Positions 1 to 7,779 of a stretch of 35,035 nucleotides of DNA are shown one piece after another. The translations under genes were made by a program, and so were the position numbers. The first letter of the stretch is position 1. Every line of letters starts with the position of its first letter. A model generated the notes under the pieces. The model was not told the DNA's origin and made no database searches. It worked only from the letters and a program-made list of their open reading frames with translations. The stretch covers positions 1 through 35,035 of the forward strand of contig JAGVWA010000015.1 of the NCBI GenBank assembly GCA_018304505.1, written 5' to 3'. The DNA comes from Nanobdellati archaeon (GTDB lineage: Archaea; B1Sed10-29; JAGVWA01).

Positions 1-53
1 GAGGTTCTCCTTGAGGGTGTTGCCGTTGATCTTTACTGATGCGTCGAATTCAA
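1..53 (+). repeat. 53-bp exact direct repeat, copy 1 (copy 2 at 1866..1918)
   Basis: gaggttctccttgagggtgttgccgttgatctttactgatgcgtcgaattcaa occurs at both positions; this copy is cut by the window edge. Confidence 0.97.
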
Positions 54-126
54 GTTCCAATTTCCTGGTTTCGGCCTGTGACAAATCAAGTAGCGGGAGG
101 TCGAATTTTCGCGTGTAATTTTGCTT
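1..126 (-). pseudogene. pcn: Second, partial PCNA copy (inter-domain connector region and start of domain 2), running off the left edge
   Basis: The minus strand translates to KQNYTRKFDLPLLDLSQAETRKLELEFDASVKINGNTLKENL. Bases 1..53 are identical to 1866..1918 in the main PCNA gene. TRKFDLPLLDL resembles the PCNA connector-loop region. There is an in-frame stop just upstream and no start codon. Confidence 0.85.
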
Positions 127-1375
127 TTGATTTCATCGGCACGAGCTTTGCTATGTAAACGTTGTCTGTGTTGATGTATTTCTTGTAGGCTCGCCTGACG
201 CCTTCTGGCTTGATTTTCTCCCAGTTCTTGTAGATTTCGAATGGGTTTTTTAGAGAGTCTAGGACCACCAAGTCTTTCCTAACATCTTTGAGTTCATCAA
301 TCATTTTTGAGTCGAACTTGCTCTGTATTGCTATGTAACGCTTTTCTTCTTCGATCACTTCGTCTGTTAGTTTTCCTAGTATCGCGTCAACTTCCATTTT
401 GGTGTGCGAAATAACCTTTTCTACATTGTGGGCTTCGCATTCTGTGACGATTTCGCAGAATTGAGGATCTTCGCGCAGGCGTGTAGCTGCGCTGCAGGAG
501 TAAACGAGTTTTTCCTCGTCGCGAAGCCTTTTGATTAGCGTATCGCTCCTATTAAGGAAATTCCTAAGCAGAACTACTTCGTAAAGATCCTTCTTATTCA
601 GTTTTATGGGTATGGGCATGATCATGTGTATTTTCACAGTGTTCTTGTCCCATTGCTCGACGAACTTTGTCTTATGTGGTTTTTTCGTTCGCGTCTTGGC
701 GTTCCTTAATTTGATTTGTTTTCCTGCCTTGAGTTTCCCGAAATGTTTGTCAATGAGCCTTTCGAGTTCCTTGTTTTTTCTATTGCTTCCCACTAGTAGG
801 GTCATGTTGTTCTTGCAGATGACCCTGTTGAACAGGTCCTGGACTTGCTGTAGTGTGAGTTTTTCAACAATGTCTATGTTGCCCACAGGTCGGTAGCTGT
901 AGTCTGTGCCAAATAGCTCATAGTCTTTTATTCTGCCCAACCTCTCTTCTGGCGTGTCCTTGTTTTTTATTTCTTGTATTACTGCCCGCTTTTCTACCTC
1001 TAGTTGGTGTTCATTCATTGTTGTGTTGATGAGTTCTTCGGCTGCTGATTTCATTCCCTTTTCAAGGAAATCGTCTGCGCCTTGTAGTGTTGTGCCTACA
1101 AAATGCCTCCATGTGTATGCGTTCCTGTAAATTGCGTCCTTTTCGAGCAATATCTTGTGCTCCTTGGGTTTTGGGTAATTGACGGTGGTTTTGCCGATCA
1201 TGTGTTCCATTAAGTGCGTTAGTCCTTCAGTGTTCTTGTTTTCTACGTTAAATGCGGCCCTGAACATTGGCTGTATTGCGAATTCGTTAGTCCATGGTAC
1301 ACGCAGATGAGCTATCTTGATGTCTTTCCTTGTCGTGAATTCTGACAGCGTCGGTTTATCTACAGATTTCGTCAT
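86..1375 (-). CDS. M16 (insulinase/pitrilysin family) zinc metallopeptidase
   Basis: Inverted zincin motif HxxEH (GLTHLMEHM), NAYT motif, downstream EKRAVIQE, and C-terminal LRDEEKLVYS (R/Y pair). AGGAG SD-like site upstream. The last ~12 residues are read from PCNA-derived DNA. Confidence 0.88.
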   Translation of the reverse strand: MTKSVDKPTLSEFTTRKDIKIAHLRVPWTNEFAIQPMFRAAFNVENKNTEGLTHLMEHMIGKTTVNYPKPKEHKILLEKDAIYRNAYTWRHFVGTTLQGADDFLEKGMKSAAEELINTTMNEHQLEVEKRAVIQEIKNKDTPEERLGRIKDYELFGTDYSYRPVGNIDIVEKLTLQQVQDLFNRVICKNNMTLLVGSNRKNKELERLIDKHFGKLKAGKQIKLRNAKTRTKKPHKTKFVEQWDKNTVKIHMIMPIPIKLNKKDLYEVVLLRNFLNRSDTLIKRLRDEEKLVYSCSAATRLREDPQFCEIVTECEAHNVEKVISHTKMEVDAILGKLTDEVIEEEKRYIAIQSKFDSKMIDELKDVRKDLVVLDSLKNPFEIYKNWEKIKPEGVRRAYKKYINTDNVYIAKLVPMKSKAKLHAKIRPPAT

Positions 1376-1550
1376 GTATCACATCAACTCCTAAGTTTTT
1401 TGAGAGTTGTAGAATCCGTGGTGTGGGAAACGCCTAGCAAAAGAATGATCATTGGTTATTTTTACCCGATCTTGCGTTTCGAAAAAATGAGAGAATTTAA
1501 GGCTTGCAATATTGATGTCTGAATTGCTATTTAAGCTTTGTGGTGCCTGT

Positions 1551-2199
1551 TTATGGGTTCTCGATTCTTGGTGCGAGGAAGTAGGCCACGGTGGCTTCGC
1601 CGATGTTGTATTCGAGCTTTATCGGCGCGTCTTTCTTCATGTGCAGCGAGACGATTGTGCTTGCGTCTGCTGTTTTCACCATGTCATTCAGGTAGTCTAG
1701 CAGGAAGACGGCCTGCGTTTCAACGTTCAGCGGGTGATCAAGTAGTACGTCCTGATCTTTCCGTGTTTCGATTCTCAATTCGCCCTTGTCGCCTGTCGAT
1801 TCAATGTGGAACCCGTCGCGGTCTATTGTGAACTTTGCATAGCTTGAAACCAGGCTGGCGTCTTTGAGGTTCTCCTTGAGGGTGTTGCCGTTGATCTTTA
1901 CTGATGCGTCGAATTCAATTGTCAAGGTTGAGTGTAAGGGTTTCCCCCGGTCTGGTTCTTGCAGTGATTTTGGCAAGGTCGTCGAGGTTGAGCCCGATCT
2001 TGGTTTCCTTCGGCACTTCAAATTTCTCGATCGCTTTTGAGGGCATGGTGAAGTCTACCATGACGACCTGTGATGGGGCCATGGCCCGTAGTTCTATGCC
2101 GTCTTTGTTGATTAGGAATTCGCCTTCGTCTATCAAGCTGACGATTGCATCTACAGAATCCTTGAACACTTTGGCGTTGTCAAAAACGATTTCGAACAT
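1551..2199 (-). pseudogene. pcn: DNA polymerase sliding clamp PCNA, split by an internal frameshifting deletion at ~1918/1919
   Basis: N-half 1915..2199 (MFEIVFDNAKVFKDSVDAIVSLIDEGEF...RAMAPSQVVMVDF) and C-half in another frame (EFDASVK...YFLAPRIENP). The 94 + 121 aa fall about 30 aa short of a typical ~245-aa PCNA. GAGGT SD upstream. Confidence 0.9.
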
Positions 2200-2269
2200 G
2201 TTTTTACCTCTTCTAGCTTGTGTAATTTTTGTGTTTTATGGTATTATTATTCTTATCGGTGCGCTTAGG

Positions 2270-3016
2270 TCAGCAGTACAGCTTGTACTCGAAGCCAGTG
2301 CCGATGTTTGCATGGCCGTCGCAGAATGGCATTATGTCACAGAAAAACAGCTTGACGTGACCAAGCAGCGGCAGTGTCATGACGTGCTTTCCGCGCAGCG
2401 TTTCCTGTGTTACTGGGGTTGATATGCATCCGATGTTCTCATCTATGCAGCTCTGCAGTTGCTTCGTCATCTGATCGGGAAGGTTGTTTGCATCGCCCTT
2501 TGTAAGCAGGAGTTCCCCCGAGTTGGTTTGAACGCGTACCAGGGCCCGGTGTATTACCTCGTTGCGCGATGGGTATGCGGAGTACACAACGATGTCGTTT
2601 TGCGGCGATGCGCTAATGGCCTGGTTGCCGATTTGAAATGTTGACTGGCTCCTGTTATTGCTTAACTGTGTCAGGCCGTTGTAGGTATCTATTTCCACTA
2701 GCGGGGCGTTGATTTCGGATATGTTGGAGCCCTTTACCACGATTATGTCGCCAATGTTGAGGTAAGGGAATTCAGAACATGATGACACGACGACTGCCGG
2801 CGTCGATGTATTCAGAATCAGCGGGAGGATTATGAAGTAAACTGACGCGGCGACGACGAACGAGAACAGCCAGTCCTTTATCTCTTCTGCAGACAGGGAG
2901 CGTTTGATCGCCTCTGTTATCGGGTTTCCCGAACTTCTCTGTGGAGTGTTGCGGCCGAGGGTTGCGTTTTTTCGACCTGTGCCACGCTTGAGCGTTTTCC
3001 TTATGGGCTTATTCAT
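2270..3016 (-). CDS. sec11: Signal peptidase I, Sec11/S26B type
   Basis: N-terminal TM segment, then VVVSSCSEFPYLNIGDIIVVKG (box B/C variant), VIHR (catalytic His) and TKGDANN. True start may be downstream of the annotated ATG. Confidence 0.82.
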   Translation of the reverse strand: MNKPIRKTLKRGTGRKNATLGRNTPQRSSGNPITEAIKRSLSAEEIKDWLFSFVVAASVYFIILPLILNTSTPAVVVSSCSEFPYLNIGDIIVVKGSNISEINAPLVEIDTYNGLTQLSNNRSQSTFQIGNQAISASPQNDIVVYSAYPSRNEVIHRALVRVQTNSGELLLTKGDANNLPDQMTKQLQSCIDENIGCISTPVTQETLRGKHVMTLPLLGHVKLFFCDIMPFCDGHANIGTGFEYKLYC

Positions 3017-3264
3017 TTGATTTCAGCCACTTCTTTCTTAATGGTCTTCAGTGCCTTTTTGAGGGCATCCTTTGGTGATTTTGATTTTGTCTTGACGTAC
3101 ACAGTGGGCCTGCCGACAAGCGGGTGCTCGATTTTGTACTGGGCAATGTCGACGTCCTTGTCTTTGATAAGCTCTGTCACCAGCAGCTGCGGGAACGTGT
3201 GCGTTTCGTCCTTGATGATGAATTCTATCTCGTTTTTCTTGTCGTGCAGTATCTCGATTTCCAT
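3013..3264 (-). CDS. rpoL: DNA-directed RNA polymerase subunit L (Rpo11)
   Basis: MEIEILHDKKNEIEFIIKDETHTFPQLL...AQYKIEHPL. GGTGA SD precedes the ATG at 3264. Adjacent to csl4 as in the conserved archaeal gene order. Confidence 0.93.
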   Translation of the reverse strand: MEIEILHDKKNEIEFIIKDETHTFPQLLVTELIKDKDVDIAQYKIEHPLVGRPTVYVKTKSKSPKDALKKALKTIKKEVAEIK

Positions 3265-3279
3265 AGTTTCACCTTTCAT

Positions 3280-3368
3280 AGTTTGTTTTCATGCGGCATT
3301 TTGTTTGTTTTATTCGGTTTGTTCTGTTTAGTTGGTTTGTTCATTCTGGTGGTTGTTCATTCGGTTGG
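3280..3368 (-). repeat. Degenerate short tandem repeats filling the csl4-rpoL spacer
   Basis: Minus-strand units accgaatgaacaa / accagaatgaacaa / accaactaaacagaacaa / accgaataaaacaa. Confidence 0.6.
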
Positions 3369-3932
3369 TTATATCTCCCTTCCGGTTCCGTAATCGTAAG
3401 CAATTTTCCTGTCCTCGACCCACCCGCAGCTGGTGCATTTTACCCGTGCCCCGATTCTTGCCATTGAGGCCCTGCATCGGCTGCAATTCGTCAGCAGGGC
3501 GCCGAGGTTCTTGCCGTCAGTGGTCAGCTTGACGCCCAGTGGGGTCGACTCTATGATCTTTGCCCGGACGATGTCGCCTACCTTGAATTCGGTTTTGATG
3601 CTTTTTACGTACCCTGGTTTTACGTTGGAGACGTGCAGTATGGCCGAGGCGCCTGTTGGTATGAATGCGAAGTTCGCGGTCTTCATTGGAATCAGGTCAA
3701 TGATTGCCACGTCGTCTGTGGTTTTTGCCACAACCCCGATGACTATGGTGCCCGGGCCCTGAAATCGCGCTACCCTGGTGCGTGCCTTGACCTTTGCGAT
3801 GTGCTCTTCCGGGTCCAGCTCGAGTTCGCCGATGTTTGTGGCTACAAGGTCCTCGCCGTTTGCCTCTGCAACGCCGTAACCCGGCACGTACTCTTCTGTT
3901 GTGGCTACCGTTTCTCCGGGCATAACAAACAT
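3369..3932 (-). CDS. csl4: Exosome complex RNA-binding protein Csl4
   Basis: MFVMPGETVATTEEYVPGYG N-terminus, S1 domain (ILHVSNV...FKVGDIVRAKII) and C-terminal Zn ribbon CSRC...CTSCG..EDRKIA. Confidence 0.95.
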   Translation of the reverse strand: MFVMPGETVATTEEYVPGYGVAEANGEDLVATNIGELELDPEEHIAKVKARTRVARFQGPGTIVIGVVAKTTDDVAIIDLIPMKTANFAFIPTGASAILHVSNVKPGYVKSIKTEFKVGDIVRAKIIESTPLGVKLTTDGKNLGALLTNCSRCRASMARIGARVKCTSCGWVEDRKIAYDYGTGREI

Positions 3933-4050
3933 GAAATCACCAATCGTTTCCCAAGCATTTTGTTTTATAGTGCTTATTACAAAAAATTAGCATCTATGCA
4001 ATGCTATAGCTTTATATCTGGTACTGTATTTAAATGTTACGTGGTGAACC

Positions 4051-4899
4051 ATGCTTGAATCTATAGTGCGCCCGGTTTCAGCCGAACAGAACCCTAGCGA
4101 GATGGTGCTTGTCGGTATTATTTTTACGATGGTGTCTGGTTTACTTGTGCTGCAAATCGGCACGTCAAGCCCGGCAAACACGGGTCTTGGCCTCCTCCTG
4201 GTTGCGTTCATAAGCATCCCGGCGAGCCCGCTACTCGTGAATCTTTTCATCATCGAGGGAAAAAAGGTGCGCCGGAACAGGAGTTTTCCGATACCGATTA
4301 TTGATCGGCACGATGAGGTCATCAAGGTCCTAGCCTTTTTGTTTATTGGCATAATTATTGGCGCGTCGATTCTGTACCTCCTGCTGCCGGGCGAAACCGC
4401 CCAGTTTCTGTTTTCAGACCAGCTGCATGACCTGTCTGCCCGCGGTGTGAATGTGATGTCGGGCAACGCGATAGCGCGCACGGATTTTTGGAGCCTCATC
4501 GAGAACAACACCAAGGTGACGTTGCTTGTTCTTGTTTTCAGCTTCGTCTTTGGCGCAGGGGCCATTTTTATCATTGCGTGGAATGGCACCATCATCGGTG
4601 TACTGATTGCGAACATTGCGCAAAACCCCGGGAGGTTTGGCGGCATCGAGCTGCTTCCAGGAAACCCGTTTGTGAACTACCTTGCAGCCCTGCCTATTAC
4701 GTTCATCAACCTTCTTCCGCACGGCTTTTTTGAGTTCATGGCGTACTTCTTCGCAGGCGTTTCTGGGGGCATCCTTAGCGCGGCCGTAATGCGCGAAAAG
4801 TTGTCATGGGACAATCAGATCATCAGGGACTGCGCCGTGTACTTTTTATTCTCTTTTGTCCTGGTGGTAATTGGGGCCTTTATAGAGGCAAGTTTATAA
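4051..4899 (+). CDS. SpoIIM/DUF95-family multi-pass membrane protein
   Basis: Multiple TM segments and family-like motifs LIENNTKV, IIAWNGTIIG, LLPHGFFEFMAY, C-terminal GAFIEA. Confidence 0.8.
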   Translation: MLESIVRPVSAEQNPSEMVLVGIIFTMVSGLLVLQIGTSSPANTGLGLLLVAFISIPASPLLVNLFIIEGKKVRRNRSFPIPIIDRHDEVIKVLAFLFIGIIIGASILYLLLPGETAQFLFSDQLHDLSARGVNVMSGNAIARTDFWSLIENNTKVTLLVLVFSFVFGAGAIFIIAWNGTIIGVLIANIAQNPGRFGGIELLPGNPFVNYLAALPITFINLLPHGFFEFMAYFFAGVSGGILSAAVMREKLSWDNQIIRDCAVYFLFSFVLVVIGAFIEASL

Positions 4900-4921
4900 A
4901 CCACGGCGGTGCAATAAAGTT

Positions 4922-6646
4922 ATGGTTGTAGGGGGGACCAGGGCGGCGAAAAAGAAAGCAGAAGAATTAGCTGCAGCGCGGTGGAAGAAACGCGGTGTAG
5001 CTGCTGCTCTGCGAATATCATTACAAAGGGAGAGGCAGCTCTTGCCACAGGCTCCAGAGGTTGCGCGAAAAGCCGTAGCCAGGGCCAAAGAACTTCAGGC
5101 GCGATACCAAAGGCAGGGCCAGGAAATAGATAGGAACGTCAATGCATACAATGCGCTTGTTGGCAAGTTCAACACCGCGGCCTCAACAGCTGAAAAAGAA
5201 TCAATAGCCAGAGAGCTGGAAAAATATAAAGGTGAAATTGAACGTGAGCAGACGGCGAGGGCAAGAACCGAAAGGGGGTTTTCGGGAGCAGCTTCGCTTG
5301 TCAGGGAAGAAAAAGCACGTCCCGTGCCGATTGAATACAGGCTCGTTATTCCTCGACAAGTCGGGGCAAAGCGGGTTGCCAGCATTGAGGCTGTGCACAA
5401 CAAGAGCGGCCGGACAATCGGCAGGGCAAAGGTTACAGTAGACCGCAAGGGAAACGCCAACGTTAAGGTTGGCAGAGTAGATAACGATTTTGACAGGGCA
5501 TCTGTAGAAGGCAACTTGTTAAACAGCGCCAAGAGTTTCCTTTTTGGAGGCCTTAGTAAAAAACCGCAAGCCCAGATCCATGAAGTTGAATTTGAAAACG
5601 TTCGTTCTCTTGAGGGGAAATACGGCTTGATTGATGAAGGGGCCATACCAAACATTCCCGGGCGACGGTGGGGGGCAGAGTATGATGTTTTCGCTATCCG
5701 GGACACGGAAGGCAGAATTCAGAAGGGGCCGACAAGAGAGCACCTGAATGCGGCCTTTGAGCGTGCAACGAAATTCACGCTACGCAACGACATGCGTAAG
5801 GCACGTGTGGTTTACACAAAACTCAGGCGTGACCTAACTAGTATAGACATGGGGCCAGTGGGCGGCAACATGCCGCTTGGGGAAGCATGGAAAATCGCTA
5901 GGCAGGACATCATGTCAAATATAGAAGAGTACGCCAAGGGTCCGTTGATTGCTCGCCAGAAGGAGCCGCAGAAGGTTGTTGAAATCATGCTGAAACGAAT
6001 CGACGAGAGCGTCAAAAACATTAGCACTTCGCCGACCCAAGAAAACCTGCTGGACCTGTTTGAAGCGCTCAGGGTCTTTGACATTCAGGGCTATGAAGCG
6101 ATTCTGAAATCAAAGAGCTTTAGGCAATTTTATCATGCAGGGTTCACGAGTCACGCGCAAACTCACGACAGCATTTATCACAAGATGATAAGGCTGCCAA
6201 TAGTCAAAGCGCGCTTTGACGAAATCCGGAAACAGATGAAGCGGGCCAAAGCAGCAGGCGCTTTTGAGAAGGGAAATTTAGAAATGAGTCGGGAGATGCT
6301 GAATCAGCTTGAGCTCCTGAAGGGCTATCAAGAGGAGGAATTTACTGTTGAATTTAGCGGCGTGGCAAGGCTGATACCCCCTGAAAAACCGGGTGCCAAA
6401 TGGGTCATTGAGCCATTTTTCTCGTCAGTGTCAAGGGGCCATGGCAGGACTGAGATCCCACTGAAGGCCTTGGTTGAGACGGGCGTCGAGTTTCCTATAT
6501 TGTGGCACAGTCACCCGGGCAGGGTGCGCCCAGGACCGAATTTTAGTGAACACGACATTGAATTTTTCAAGCATGAGCTTGGCATGCCGGGCGTCCTTAT
6601 TTTGCAGAAAGAGGGCGAAGTCGAGTTGTTTACGGAATTCGAGTGA
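4922..6646 (+). CDS. Hypothetical 574-aa protein: basic/coiled-coil N-terminus, C-terminal JAB/MPN+ (JAMM)-like metalloprotease domain
   Basis: Long ORF. The C-terminal ~100 aa carry E(FSG)...WHSHP-x7-FSEHD, matching the JAMM E...HxH...S..D pattern. Confidence 0.7.
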   Translation: MVVGGTRAAKKKAEELAAARWKKRGVAAALRISLQRERQLLPQAPEVARKAVARAKELQARYQRQGQEIDRNVNAYNALVGKFNTAASTAEKESIARELEKYKGEIEREQTARARTERGFSGAASLVREEKARPVPIEYRLVIPRQVGAKRVASIEAVHNKSGRTIGRAKVTVDRKGNANVKVGRVDNDFDRASVEGNLLNSAKSFLFGGLSKKPQAQIHEVEFENVRSLEGKYGLIDEGAIPNIPGRRWGAEYDVFAIRDTEGRIQKGPTREHLNAAFERATKFTLRNDMRKARVVYTKLRRDLTSIDMGPVGGNMPLGEAWKIARQDIMSNIEEYAKGPLIARQKEPQKVVEIMLKRIDESVKNISTSPTQENLLDLFEALRVFDIQGYEAILKSKSFRQFYHAGFTSHAQTHDSIYHKMIRLPIVKARFDEIRKQMKRAKAAGAFEKGNLEMSREMLNQLELLKGYQEEEFTVEFSGVARLIPPEKPGAKWVIEPFFSSVSRGHGRTEIPLKALVETGVEFPILWHSHPGRVRPGPNFSEHDIEFFKHELGMPGVLILQKEGEVELFTEFE

Positions 6647-6649
6647 CAC

Positions 6650-7717
6650 TCAGAATTCAAACGTGGCTTTCTGCTTGCGCTTTTTGCCCCGCACATTTGC
6701 ACTTGCAGCTGCCGCTTCCATCGGCAGGTTCAGCTCCTTCCTGACGGCGTGCAGTATGCGGGCTTTGGTTCCCGGCTCTGCTTTTGAATACTGCTCATAA
6801 ACATCAATGACGTCTTCTTGCGCTTTTTCGTACGGCTCATCCAGGCGATTTGACAAGGCGGTTGCCAATTTGGTTAGCTCGAGCGGAAATATGATCTTGT
6901 TGGATTTGCCATCAGCGATTTTATTCAATGAGTCAATGTACAGATATCTCAGTGTCGGGTCTGTGAGTTTGCCCGCGGCTTCCTGGATGGCCTCGATCTG
7001 TAGTTTCTTAGCCTCCGCGAGTTCCCTGATGGTATTTTTCTTTTCTACCGCCGCGCGTTTTTGGTGCATTGCTTCCACGAGCGTGTCTGGCAGCGTTACT
7101 GACTCAAGTTCAACCTTTTGGATGTCGAGGCCCCAGTCTTGGGCAGTCAATTGCACTAGTTTGCGCAGCTCTGCATTTATGGTCTCGATGTTGGACACCA
7201 CCTGTTCAAGGCTGAGTTTTCCGATAATGCTCCTTAGCGTTGATTCAATGTACTGCACAAGGTACCCTTTGTAGTTTTCAACATTCAGTACGGCCCTTTT
7301 TGGGTCCATGACCCTGTAATACGCAACGGCGTTGACCTTCAGGGTGATGTTGTCCTTTGTCACGACGTCCTGCTCCTTTGGGTCACTTGTCTGTGTCCTT
7401 AGGTCGACAAGGCGGTATGAGTCGATAAACGGCGTTAGCACAACCCATCCCGGGCCACTGGTTTTGAGATACTTGCCCATTCTGAAGATAATGGCGCGCT
7501 CATACTCATTCAGCTGGATTAGGTAGGCCTGCGACTGGCTGTAGAGGAAAACCAGCACGCCAAGGATGAATAGGAGTATAAATATCGGCTGGAACAAACC
7601 AAGGAAGTACAGCAGTGCCGGGACTATGATGAGCGACGCTATCAGTGTCACGACTATCGCGAACTGCTTGTCCTCGTTGGACTTCTTACCCTTGTCATAG
7701 GCCTTTTTCTTTGCCAT
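6650..7717 (-). CDS. SPFH/band 7 (stomatin-like) membrane protein
   Basis: N-terminal TM hairpin, then EYERAIIFRMGK, VDLRTQT..PKEQDVVTKDN, LRSIIGKLSL, WGLDIQKVEL and KIIFPLEL. Confidence 0.92.
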   Translation of the reverse strand: MAKKKAYDKGKKSNEDKQFAIVVTLIASLIIVPALLYFLGLFQPIFILLFILGVLVFLYSQSQAYLIQLNEYERAIIFRMGKYLKTSGPGWVVLTPFIDSYRLVDLRTQTSDPKEQDVVTKDNITLKVNAVAYYRVMDPKRAVLNVENYKGYLVQYIESTLRSIIGKLSLEQVVSNIETINAELRKLVQLTAQDWGLDIQKVELESVTLPDTLVEAMHQKRAAVEKKNTIRELAEAKKLQIEAIQEAAGKLTDPTLRYLYIDSLNKIADGKSNKIIFPLELTKLATALSNRLDEPYEKAQEDVIDVYEQYSKAEPGTKARILHAVRKELNLPMEAAAASANVRGKKRKQKATFEF

Positions 7718-7779
7718 AATGTTACTTTAGACGTTTAAGTATAAAAACATTTAAGTATACGCCCTGAGATTAAGAGTAC

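Noticed and set aside
1905-1925. Programmed ribosomal frameshift joining the two PCNA halves
   Set aside because: About 30 residues including the connector region are physically absent at the junction, so frameshifting would not yield a complete clamp; no clear slippery site.
1918-2021. N-terminal 35 aa (MKCRRKPRSG...) of the listed 156-aa ORF
   Set aside because: Out-of-frame read of the PCNA N-half; only the part from EFDASVK is PCNA-like.
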